Below, in pieces: positions 7,420 through 16,197 of a DNA stretch of 21,871 bases. How positions within the stretch are numbered: the first letter of the stretch is position 1; each line of letters opens with the position of its first letter. The stretch is taken from NCBI GenBank assembly GCA_039802265.1, contig JBDRWI010000041.1:1-21871 (forward strand), given 5' to 3'. Under the pieces are notes generated by a model, which worked only from the letters and a program-made list of their open reading frames with translations, was not told the DNA's origin and ran no database searches. The position numbers and the translations under genes were made by a program. The DNA comes from a candidate division WOR-3 bacterium (lineage in GTDB: Bacteria > Hydrothermota > Tepidihabitantia > SM23-42 > JAOAFX01).

Positions 7420-10400
7420 TTGGCAGGAGTTTGTTGATGTCTCAGATTTTACTGGACTCAGGCTGAGCCTTGCCTCTCCAGAGACAATCCTTTCCTGGTC
7501 TCACGGAGAGGTTACGAGGGCGGATACAATCAATTATCGGACTCAGAGACCGGAAAAAGATGGCCTTTTCTGCGAAAGAATCTTCGGTCCGGTAAAGGAT
7601 TATGAATGTGCCTGTGGTAAATACAAAAAGGCTAAATACCGGGGTACAATCTGTGACCGGTGTGGTGTTGAGGTTGCTCCCGCTTCAGTCCGGCGTGAAA
7701 GAATGGGACATATTGATCTGGCAGTCCCGGTTGCCCATATCTTTTACTATAAGATTCCCCCCAGCAAGATTGGACTCTTATTGGACCTGACAATAAATAA
7801 TCTTGAGGCAATTTTAAATTATGAGGCATACATAGTTGTAGAACAGGGTACCTCACCCTATCCCAAGGGATATGTCCTCAATGATGAGATGTATCAAGAG
7901 GCAGTGCTCAAAAATTATGAAGGATTTCGCGCTGATACCGGTGCCCAGCCGATCTATGAATTATTGAAAGAAATCGACCTCGATAACCTCTCTTCAGAAT
8001 TAAGGGCAAATCTGGAAATAGAGACACTTCAGGCGAGGCGGATAAAACTTTTGAACAAATTGAAACTGGTAGAGGCATTGCGCCTCTCCAATAATCGTCC
8101 GGAGTGGATGATTCTCACAAGGATTCCTGTAATCCCGCCTGATTTAAGGCCCCTGGTTGCCCTGGAAGGGGGCAGGTATGCAACGAGCGATTTGAATGAC
8201 CTATATAAAAGGGTTATCACCCGCAACAATCGGGTAAAGTCATTACTCTCGGGTATAAAAACTCCCGAGGTGATTATTCGCAATGAAAAGAGGATGTTAC
8301 AGGATGCGGTTGATGCCCTTTTGGATAATTCAAGAAGGAACCGTCCCATTAAGGGACGGGGGAACCGTCCATTAAAATCCCTGGCTGATGCCCTGAAAGG
8401 AAAGCAGGGGAGATTTAGAAGGAATCTCTTGGGCAAGCGCGTTGATTACTCTGGAAGGTCGGTCATTGTTGTTGACCCAACACTCAAATTATATGAATGT
8501 GGTATTCCCAAAGAGATGGCACTTGAGTTATTCAAGCCGATGATTGTACGGAAATTGGAAGAGAGAGGGGTTGTTGATTCAGAACGGAGTGCAAGGAGAC
8601 TGGTCCGTTCCCGCTCCACCGAGGTCTATGAAATCCTTGAAGAGGTAATAAAAGAACATCCGGTCCTCTTAAACCGTGCCCCAACCCTTCATCGCGTCTC
8701 TATCCAGGCATTCCTGCCGGTTTTGAAGGAACACCGGGCGATTGCCATCCATCCCCTAGTCTGTGTCCCTTATAATGCTGACTTTGATGGTGATACAATG
8801 AGTGTTCATGTCCCCCTTTCACCCGAGGCAATTATGGAATCTTACCTTCTGATGCTTTCCGTTCATAATATCCGCAGTCCTGCCAACGGCCGGGCACTTA
8901 TGACCCCAACCCAGGATATGGTAATTGGACTCCATTACTTGACCAAAGAGATACCATCCTCGGTAAAACCTCGTACATTCGACGATGTGAATGAAATCAA
9001 TTATGCGCTTGAAAATAGAGTGATTACCCTGCATCAACCAATAATATTCAATTTCAAAGGCGAATTTATCAAGACTACCCCGGGTCGGGTACTCTTCAAT
9101 GAATTATTACCTGAAGAACTGCGTTTCAAAAATACTACAATGACAAAGAGGAGCCTTGCCGCAATTGTTGATGAATGTCTTAATAAATTTGGCACAGAAA
9201 AGACCGTTGCCGTGCTTGATAATCTGAAGAGTAAGGGTTTTGAGTATGCAACAAGGTCGGGATTGACAATCGGGATTGATGATATGCGGAGCCCAAGGAA
9301 TAAAGAGGACATCTGGAAACAGGGTTTGAAGGAAGTTATTGAGATCAATAAGGCACATAAGGCAGGCCTTATCTCGGAGACCGAAAGATACAACAAGGTG
9401 ATAGATACCTGGACCAGGGTTTCAATGGAGATTGAGGAAGAGTTGATCAAGGAATTGGGCAGGGATAGAAATGGATTCAACCCGCTTTATATGATGGTTG
9501 AATCCGGTGCCCGGGGTTCAAGGAATCAGGCAAGCCAGATCTGCGGTATGCGCGGCTTGATGTCCAAGCCACAAAGAAAGGTAACTGCAGTCCAGATTAT
9601 TGAGACACCGATCAAATCCTCCTGCAAAGAGGGACTCTCGGTCCTTGAATACTTTATCTCCACTCACGGGGCAAGAAAAGGGCTTGCCGATACTGCCTTG
9701 AAGACCGCGGATGCGGGTTATCTCACACGCCGACTTGTTGATGTTGCCCAGAATGTTACCATTACGATTGAGGACTGTGGAACAATTATGGGACAGGAGA
9801 TTTCCGCACTCAAGGAAGGTGAGAAGATTGTTGAATCACTAAGTGAGCGAATTGCGGGAAGGGTGGCATTGATTGATATCACTGACCCCCAGACTAACGA
9901 ACTCATTGTAAGTGCCGGAGAAGAGATTTCTGATGAGGCAGCAATAAAGATTGAAAAGAGTGGTATTGAAAAGGTAAAGGTGCGTTCAATCCTTACTTGT
10001 GAGGCGCCGGTAGGCCTCTGTGCCAAGTGTTATGGTCGGAATCTGGCAACCGGTCGGATGGTGGAAATCGGTGAGGCAGTAGGGATTATTGCCGCGCAGT
10101 CAATTGGTGAACCAGGAACACAACTTACCCTGCGCACCTTCCATGGTGGAGGTGTAGCATTGAGAATCGCTGAGAGTACTTCAAGGGTTGCCGAGTTTCC
10201 CGGTGAGGTGAGTTTTGAAAATCTTTCAGCGGTGGAAAGGCCCGATGGATTTTTAGTGAACCTGAACGATAAGGGACAGATGGTTATCAAAGAGGATAAG
10301 AGGAAGATTACCTACAATATTCCAATCGGTGCAGTTATCTATGTAAAACCAAAGACGAGCGTCAAGGCCGGAGATGTTCTATTTGAGTGGGACCCCTATT

Positions 10401-11452
10401 CAATTCCGATTGTCTCGCCGGTCGGTGGTATTGCAAAGTACTCGGATATAATATTGGGTGTAACGATGCAGGAGAACTGGGTAGATGAACGGTCGGGCGG
10501 GAAACAGTCAATAATCATTGAAGACCGGCTCCGTAAACACCATCCCAAGATAAATGTTTTTGATAAAAATAGCAATCGGCTAATCAAGAGTTTCTCAATT
10601 CCCGCGGGTGCCTATTTACTGGTCAAGGATGGGGATACAATAACACCGGGGACACTCATTGCTCGCATTCCCAAGGAGATAGGAAAGAGCAAGGATATTA
10701 CCGGCGGACTTCCACGGGTGGAAGAGTTGTTTGAGGCAAAGATGGTCAAGGACCCGGCGGTTGTCTCGGAGATAGACGGAATATGTGATGTTGAAGAGCA
10801 AAAGGGAGAATGGATTGTTACCGTCACCCCCGAAGTTGGGGATAAGAAGGTTTACAAAATCCCGACCTCAAGGTATCTGAAGGTTCACTCGGGTGAGATA
10901 ATCAGGGCTGGGGACCCACTCTGTGAAGGGGCAATAGACCCTCACGACATTCTGCGGATAAAAGGTCCGATGGAGACGCAGCGCTTTTTAGTTAATGAGA
11001 TTCTGGAGGTATATAGGATACAGGATGTCAAGATTGATGATAAACATATTGAGGTTATTGTACGCCAGATGCTACAGAAGGTGCGGATTGAAGACCCAGG
11101 AAGTACTCCATTTGTTAGCGGTGAGATAGTGGATAAGCGTCGGGTAATTGAAGTAAATCAACAGATTATGTCTGTGAGTGACAGCGAACGTCCCAGACCA
11201 GCAACCTATCGACCTATATTACTGGGAATCACCCGTGCAGCACTATCCAGTGAGTCATTCTTCTCCGCCTCTTCATTCCAGGAAACGGCAAAGGTGCTTG
11301 CTGATGCAGCCGTGGAGGGCAAGGTGGATAAACTTGAAGGCTTGAAGGAGAATGTTATTGTGGGCAGAATCATTCCCGCCGGAACCGGGGTCAGAGAATT
11401 CCAGAAGATTACCCTTGCTGAAGAGGCAATTGCCAAGACTGAAGCCGGATAG
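7409..11452 (+). CDS. rpoC: DNA-directed RNA polymerase beta' subunit
   Basis: N-terminal zinc finger, GKRVDYSGRSVI, catalytic NADFDGD, trigger loop GEPGTQLTLRTFH with a ~180-aa insertion before DITGGLPRV. Start moved to ATG 7409 (AGGAGG RBS), overlapping rpoB by 11 nt. Confidence 0.99.
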   Translation: MKRSWQEFVDVSDFTGLRLSLASPETILSWSHGEVTRADTINYRTQRPEKDGLFCERIFGPVKDYECACGKYKKAKYRGTICDRCGVEVAPASVRRERMGHIDLAVPVAHIFYYKIPPSKIGLLLDLTINNLEAILNYEAYIVVEQGTSPYPKGYVLNDEMYQEAVLKNYEGFRADTGAQPIYELLKEIDLDNLSSELRANLEIETLQARRIKLLNKLKLVEALRLSNNRPEWMILTRIPVIPPDLRPLVALEGGRYATSDLNDLYKRVITRNNRVKSLLSGIKTPEVIIRNEKRMLQDAVDALLDNSRRNRPIKGRGNRPLKSLADALKGKQGRFRRNLLGKRVDYSGRSVIVVDPTLKLYECGIPKEMALELFKPMIVRKLEERGVVDSERSARRLVRSRSTEVYEILEEVIKEHPVLLNRAPTLHRVSIQAFLPVLKEHRAIAIHPLVCVPYNADFDGDTMSVHVPLSPEAIMESYLLMLSVHNIRSPANGRALMTPTQDMVIGLHYLTKEIPSSVKPRTFDDVNEINYALENRVITLHQPIIFNFKGEFIKTTPGRVLFNELLPEELRFKNTTMTKRSLAAIVDECLNKFGTEKTVAVLDNLKSKGFEYATRSGLTIGIDDMRSPRNKEDIWKQGLKEVIEINKAHKAGLISETERYNKVIDTWTRVSMEIEEELIKELGRDRNGFNPLYMMVESGARGSRNQASQICGMRGLMSKPQRKVTAVQIIETPIKSSCKEGLSVLEYFISTHGARKGLADTALKTADAGYLTRRLVDVAQNVTITIEDCGTIMGQEISALKEGEKIVESLSERIAGRVALIDITDPQTNELIVSAGEEISDEAAIKIEKSGIEKVKVRSILTCEAPVGLCAKCYGRNLATGRMVEIGEAVGIIAAQSIGEPGTQLTLRTFHGGGVALRIAESTSRVAEFPGEVSFENLSAVERPDGFLVNLNDKGQMVIKEDKRKITYNIPIGAVIYVKPKTSVKAGDVLFEWDPYSIPIVSPVGGIAKYSDIILGVTMQENWVDERSGGKQSIIIEDRLRKHHPKINVFDKNSNRLIKSFSIPAGAYLLVKDGDTITPGTLIARIPKEIGKSKDITGGLPRVEELFEAKMVKDPAVVSEIDGICDVEEQKGEWIVTVTPEVGDKKVYKIPTSRYLKVHSGEIIRAGDPLCEGAIDPHDILRIKGPMETQRFLVNEILEVYRIQDVKIDDKHIEVIVRQMLQKVRIEDPGSTPFVSGEIVDKRRVIEVNQQIMSVSDSERPRPATYRPILLGITRAALSSESFFSASSFQETAKVLADAAVEGKVDKLEGLKENVIVGRIIPAGTGVREFQKITLAEEAIAKTEAG

Positions 11453-11474
11453 AATATTAAAATAATAACAAAAA

Positions 11475-11514
11475 GTGAGGCGTCTCATCCTGATTTAAAG
11501 ATGGGACGCCTCAT
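11475..11514. terminator. Strong hairpin after rpoC, probable terminator or 3'-stabilising stem
   Basis: GTGAGGCGTCTCATC/GATGGGACGCCTCAT gives ~15 bp including G-U pairs. An A-run on the left would be the U-tract for the minus strand; the plus-strand U-tract is weak. Confidence 0.65.
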
Positions 11515-11520
11515 TATGAT

Positions 11521-12660
11521 ATGAAATGTTTTGACATCGTTATCGTCGGTGCCGGACCAGCCGGCAGCAGTGCGGCAATAACCGCGGCCCGGGAAGGGGT
11601 TTCGGTTTTGCTCTTTGAAGAACATCCGGAAGTGGGTATACCTTTACAGTGTGCTGAGGGACTCTCGCGCAGTACAATAAGAAAATATCTTGAGATAAAA
11701 CCTGAATGGACCTCCGTAAACCTATCAGGTTCAATTATCCGCGGTCCAGATCGCGACCAATTTAAGATTGAATATCCTAATGTGGGCTGGGTCTTAAATA
11801 GAAAGGTATTTGATTTTGAACTGGCCCAACTTGCCCAGAAGAGCGGTGCAGTCTTGATGACCAACACCAAAGTTGTAGGTGTAGAGGAGAGTTGTGTCAT
11901 CGTGCGACATAATGGTGAGCTTAAAAAATTCAAATTTAAGTTTCTGATTGGTGCTGATGGCATTGCCTCAAATGTTGGAAGGTGGTTGGGTATTGATACC
12001 CGATTGAAAATAAGCGAGATTGAAGTGTGTGCCCAGTACCTTCTTGAGAACATAAAGATTGAACCCAATTACACATACCTGATTTTTGACCAAGATATTG
12101 CCCCGGGTGGCTATGCCTGGATATTCCCAAAATCTGATTCCACTGCCAATGTTGGACTGGGGTTATCACCGTTAAAGACTAAAAAAAGGGCAAAGGAACT
12201 TCTCGATGGGTGGGTAAAAAGAGAATTTCCAGAGGCCAGAATAAAGGAAGTGGTATTTGGCGGCGTGCCCGCAAAGGTCTTAAAGAGGTTTTCGGGTAAG
12301 AACTTTTTTCTCGTTGGTGATTCAGCACGGTTTACCGACCCACTGAGTGGAGCAGGTATAGCCAATGGTATCAAATCAGGAGTAATTGCTGGTAGAAATG
12401 CAGTTTTAAGAATAAAGGGTAAAAAGGACTACTTTGAAAAGGAGATTGAAGAGGAGATCCTGAAAGAGATAAAATTCCACAAGAAGGTGCGGGAGGCGTA
12501 TTTAAGATTAAAAGGGGACGATTATATAAAAATATTCAAACTCGGTAAAAAGTTCTTCAGCAACCAGGTTATCACCGATATAAATACCCGTAAACTGGTG
12601 AAGGATATTATCCTCTCACTACCCCATCTCATCCCAATTGGTCTAAAGTTATTTTTATGA
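11521..12660 (+). CDS. Geranylgeranyl reductase family FAD-dependent oxidoreductase
   Basis: GAGPAG FAD motif, CAEGLS, LNRKVFD, IGADG, PGGYAWIFPK...ANVGLG, VGDSA...DPLSGAGI. Confidence 0.85.
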   Translation: MKCFDIVIVGAGPAGSSAAITAAREGVSVLLFEEHPEVGIPLQCAEGLSRSTIRKYLEIKPEWTSVNLSGSIIRGPDRDQFKIEYPNVGWVLNRKVFDFELAQLAQKSGAVLMTNTKVVGVEESCVIVRHNGELKKFKFKFLIGADGIASNVGRWLGIDTRLKISEIEVCAQYLLENIKIEPNYTYLIFDQDIAPGGYAWIFPKSDSTANVGLGLSPLKTKKRAKELLDGWVKREFPEARIKEVVFGGVPAKVLKRFSGKNFFLVGDSARFTDPLSGAGIANGIKSGVIAGRNAVLRIKGKKDYFEKEIEEEILKEIKFHKKVREAYLRLKGDDYIKIFKLGKKFFSNQVITDINTRKLVKDIILSLPHLIPIGLKLFL

Positions 12661-12799
12661 ATGATTCTTTTTATCAAAATGAAAATTGATAAAATGTTTT
12701 TGATAAATCAAACCGCTAAGGTTGCTGAAATTTAAAATTGCGCAACAAATAAAGACCGATAACCACCTGAAGGCAGCCTTACTCATTATCTATCTTCCC

Positions 12800-12827
12800 T
12801 TGATAATTCTTAATTGCTGGATATAAT
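12800..12827 (+). promoter_or_regulatory. Sigma70-type promoter for hypE (predicted leaderless)
   Basis: TTGATA (12800-12805), 16-nt spacer, TATAAT (12822-12827), 6 nt, then ATG 12834. No Shine-Dalgarno sequence. Confidence 0.6.
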
Positions 12828-12833
12828 TCTCTG

Positions 12834-13835
12834 ATGCAGGATGAATATGTAAAATTGGGTTATGGCTCGGGTGGACTATTAACGAATCGCCTGATTAAAG
12901 AATTAATCTTGAAATACTTTTCCCATCCCATCTTGAAGAGACTTGAAGACTCGGCAGAACTGAGTCTCAGCAATAAAAATATTGCCTTTACTACCGATTC
13001 CTATGTGGTAAATCCCATATTCTTTCCAGGTGGTGATATTGGTAAATTATCAATCTGCGGTACAATAAATGACCTGGCGATGAAGGGCGCGATTCCTGAA
13101 TACATCTCTTTCTCGCTCATTCTTGAAGAGGGTTTGAGTTTTGCAGAACTACAAAAGGTTTTAAAATCTGCGGCCGATGTGGCAAAGAGGGCCGGGGTAA
13201 ATGTCGTCTGCGGCGATACAAAGGTCGTGGAAAGGGGGAAGGCCGATAAGATATTCATCACCACCTCCGGGATTGGAATAATTAAAAAAAAGTTAGGAAA
13301 GGAAAGAATCAATCCCGGTGACAGGGTCATCATCAGTGGGACAATTGCCGACCATGGTATAACCATACTGAATCAGCGTTTGAATTTGAACTTAAGGGCG
13401 GACTTTAAGAGTGATTGCGCCCCCTTAAATTTGCTTACCGATAAATTATTCCAGCGGGATTGGGGGATACACTTTATGCGAGACCCGACAAGGGGTGGGG
13501 TAGTAGCGGTATTGAACGAAATTACCGAGGGAAGTAAATGGGGCATTGTAATAGATGAAAGATGCATTCCCCTGCGAACAGAGGTAAAAGGGGCCTGCGA
13601 ACTATTGGGTTTAGACCCCTTATATGTTGCCAATGAAGGAAAGTTTATCGCGATAGTAGACCGAAGATATACCGAACAGATATTAAAATTTTTACGCCGG
13701 AACCCACTGGGAAGAAATGCCAGGGTCATCGGTGAGGTTAGTGAAGAACTATCTGGAGTATGGTTGAAAACAGCAATCGGTGGAATGAGGCCATTACTAC
13801 AACCTGAGGCAGAAGGACTACCAAGAATCTGCTAA
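12834..13835 (+). CDS. hypE: Hydrogenase maturation protein HypE (carbamoyl dehydratase)
   Basis: G(Y)GSGG, FTTDSYVVNPIFFPGGDIGKL, GDTKVVE, MRDPTRGG, ANEGK and the C-terminal LPRIC with terminal Cys. Confidence 0.96.
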   Translation: MQDEYVKLGYGSGGLLTNRLIKELILKYFSHPILKRLEDSAELSLSNKNIAFTTDSYVVNPIFFPGGDIGKLSICGTINDLAMKGAIPEYISFSLILEEGLSFAELQKVLKSAADVAKRAGVNVVCGDTKVVERGKADKIFITTSGIGIIKKKLGKERINPGDRVIISGTIADHGITILNQRLNLNLRADFKSDCAPLNLLTDKLFQRDWGIHFMRDPTRGGVVAVLNEITEGSKWGIVIDERCIPLRTEVKGACELLGLDPLYVANEGKFIAIVDRRYTEQILKFLRRNPLGRNARVIGEVSEELSGVWLKTAIGGMRPLLQPEAEGLPRIC

Positions 13836-13977
13836 TGCGGTATTAATTTGTTGTATCAGAAATCCCTATAATTTAAAAAAACCGATGATAGTAGAATTAA
13901 AAAATTACGACAGAGGACATACTTTTAAGGGAAATATAACACTACCGAAGTACAATCAAATTTGGAGTGGAAAGTGA

Positions 13978-14241
13978 TTATAACTTATGAAGCAGATATA
14001 TCATTAAAAAAATAAAGATTACTGTGAGAACTGTAATATTAACAAATAACCCGAAAGAGATGGAGATAAACCCTAAATTTATATGAACGGTCGAGAAGCC
14101 AATTTTCAGGGCGTTAAAGAAAAACCCCTTTACCGGACCAGGGGGGAAGAGACCATAAAGTAAATAGGCAAGGGCCGAGCCGATAATCCCGCCGATTAAT
14201 ATTCCCAGAACTGTAGTCTTTAAACCTCTTTTTGTTGCCAT
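13978..14241 (-). CDS. Small membrane protein, DUF4321-like
   Basis: 87 aa with two hydrophobic segments (ILIGGIIGS..., INLGFISISFG...NI) and a GGAGG RBS. The family is recalled from the pattern, not searched. Confidence 0.7.
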   Translation of the reverse strand: MATKRGLKTTVLGILIGGIIGSALAYLLYGLFPPGPVKGFFFNALKIGFSTVHINLGFISISFGLFVNITVLTVIFIFLMIYLLHKL

Positions 14242-14275
14242 AAGCCTCCCTTCTCTTTTTTAATTCCATTGTTTC

Positions 14276-15259
14276 TCAAATTTTTATATTTATCTCCAAC
14301 CCACATCTTGCACACCTATTCTCCATCAAGCCTTTAATTATTGCCTTAAAATACATCCTCTCAATCAACAGGTTACCACACCCTGGACAGTAGGTATTTG
14401 AACCATCTTCACCCGGGATGTTCCCCAGATAGACAAAATTCAATTTTTCTTTTGCCCGCTGGTAGGCATCCTGGAGTGTTGAAATTGGGGTTGGGGGCTT
14501 CGTGTATTTATAATTGGGATAATAACGGGAAAAATGGAGCGGGATATTCTTATCAATACTTGCAACATAATCAATCAGGGCATCAATCTCTTCGGGTTTG
14601 TCATTTAAACCAGTAACGATTAAGTTTGTTATTTCAATAAAACATTGCCGATGGGATAATTCAATTGTCTTCTTTACTGTATCAAGGTCACCCCCCAGTT
14701 TCTTTTTATAGACCTCAGGATTTATTGACTTTAAATCTATATTCAGCGCATCAATATATGGCAAGAGTTCAAGTAAGGGTTTCTCATTTATCAAGCCATT
14801 TGTTACCAGGACATTCTTACCACCATTTTCTCTTATCAGCTTGGTTACATCAAGCAGGTATTCATACCACATCAATGGTTCGGTATAGGTATAAGCAACA
14901 CCAATTGATGGATGGTCAATGTAAATCTTTAAAAGAGTCTGAGGCGAAAGGTATTCAGTTTGAACCTCTTTCTGAGAAATCTCCCAGTTCTGACAGAAGG
15001 GACAACGCATATTACAACTATTACAGGCAACCGATAGAATCTGGGTTCCGGGATAGAAATGGTACAGAGGCTTCTTTTCAATCGGGTCCATTGCAATTGA
15101 GGTAGTCTCGCCATAATCAATCGCCCACAATCTTCCCTCTTCGTTTTTTCTTGCACGACAGATACCGAATTTTCCAGACTGGATTTTACAGCGATGGGGA
15201 CAAAGCTGGCATTCAATATATCCATCTTTCTTTTCATAATATCTTGCCTCAAACTTCAT
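14276..15259 (-). CDS. amrS: AmmeMemoRadiSam-system radical SAM enzyme (PFL-activase-like)
   Basis: N-terminal CxxCxxxC, DPIEKKPLYHFYPG, radical SAM CNMRCPFCQNWEISQ, YTYTEP, PLHFSRYYP, C-terminal CxxC...CxxC. Confidence 0.9.
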   Translation of the reverse strand: MKFEARYYEKKDGYIECQLCPHRCKIQSGKFGICRARKNEEGRLWAIDYGETTSIAMDPIEKKPLYHFYPGTQILSVACNSCNMRCPFCQNWEISQKEVQTEYLSPQTLLKIYIDHPSIGVAYTYTEPLMWYEYLLDVTKLIRENGGKNVLVTNGLINEKPLLELLPYIDALNIDLKSINPEVYKKKLGGDLDTVKKTIELSHRQCFIEITNLIVTGLNDKPEEIDALIDYVASIDKNIPLHFSRYYPNYKYTKPPTPISTLQDAYQRAKEKLNFVYLGNIPGEDGSNTYCPGCGNLLIERMYFKAIIKGLMENRCARCGLEINIKI

Positions 15260-16197
15260 CTGCTTTCCAACCTCTTAAGTTCGCCATTCTCTTCATAGTA
15301 TATTATACCCTTAATCTCCAAGGAGTCAAGAAATTTTATGCCCCTTTTTGCGCCCATTGCCGCAACTGCGGTAGCAATACCATCGGCAAATGCGGCATTT
15401 TTTGCAATTACCGTAACTGAAGCGAATTCCTCTGCCGGAAAACCAGTTTTTGGATTTAAAATATGGTTGTAGCGAATTCCATTTATGACAAAAAACTTCT
15501 CATAGTCACCGGAGGTTGCCAATGCCCAATCACTAATTCCAATCTTTTCAATAACACCACCGCCACGGGGATTTTTTATCCCCACGACCCAGGGTCTATT
15601 CTTTGGCGAATTGCCGAGACCGTATACCTCTCCGCCAATATTTATTATTCCGGATTTTATATTATACCTCTTTAATATCTCTGCAACCCGATCCGCAGCA
15701 AAACCCTGGGCAATTCCGCTCAAGTCAATCTTCATATCCTTCGGGATAAAGATGGAATCACCCTTCAGTGATATCTTTCTATAATCAACCAGTCTTTTTG
15801 CCCTTCTTATTTCTTCCTCTTCGGGTACTCTTTTTTCACCACCATAAAACCCCCAGATTTCAACCAGCGGCGCAATGGAGATATCAAATAGGCCATCGGT
15901 CAGGCCGGCTATTGAATCACAGAGTTTAAATAGATAGAGCATAGTGTTATCCAGGCGGGCTTTGTGATTCTTGTTGATTGCGCTGACCAGACTATTTTCC
16001 GAAAAGAAGTTTAACAGGGAATCCAGGTACTTCAACTCCTGGTCAATTTCTTTTAGTGCATTATCGCCCGACCTTTTATCTGTAGTATAAAATTTCACCT
16101 CACAGGGACCACCAAGAATGAATCGCTGATAATAGAACTCCTGCTGGGAGCAGGAGATAATAACTAAAGAAATAAGTATCGTTCTTATCTTGACCAA
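15256..16197 (-). CDS. apbE: FAD:protein FMN transferase (ApbE family lipoprotein)
   Basis: Signal peptide ending in lipobox-like IISC. GLFDISIAPL, DLSGIAQGFAAD, NIGGE, ATSGDYE, HILNPKTG, ADGIAT motifs. Confidence 0.93.
   Translation of the reverse strand: MVKIRTILISLVIISCSQQEFYYQRFILGGPCEVKFYTTDKRSGDNALKEIDQELKYLDSLLNFFSENSLVSAINKNHKARLDNTMLYLFKLCDSIAGLTDGLFDISIAPLVEIWGFYGGEKRVPEEEEIRRAKRLVDYRKISLKGDSIFIPKDMKIDLSGIAQGFAADRVAEILKRYNIKSGIINIGGEVYGLGNSPKNRPWVVGIKNPRGGGVIEKIGISDWALATSGDYEKFFVINGIRYNHILNPKTGFPAEEFASVTVIAKNAAFADGIATAVAAMGAKRGIKFLDSLEIKGIIYYEENGELKRLESR

Noticed and set aside
10150..10690. Large insertion in the RpoC trigger loop as a possible intein
   Set aside because: There is no Cys/Ser start with His-Asn end and no LAGLIDADG motif; position and size match the known lineage-specific SI3 (beta' i6) insertion.
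12700..12711. TTGATAAATCAA as an FNR box upstream of hypE
   Set aside because: Half-site spacing is 2 nt, not the 4 nt of TTGAT-N4-ATCAA.
13885..13977. 30-aa plus-strand ORF MIVELKNYDRGHTFKGNITLPKYNQIWSGK between hypE and the DUF4321-like gene
   Set aside because: It has no SD, no properly spaced -35 for the upstream TATAAT and no recognisable motif; its length is compatible with chance.
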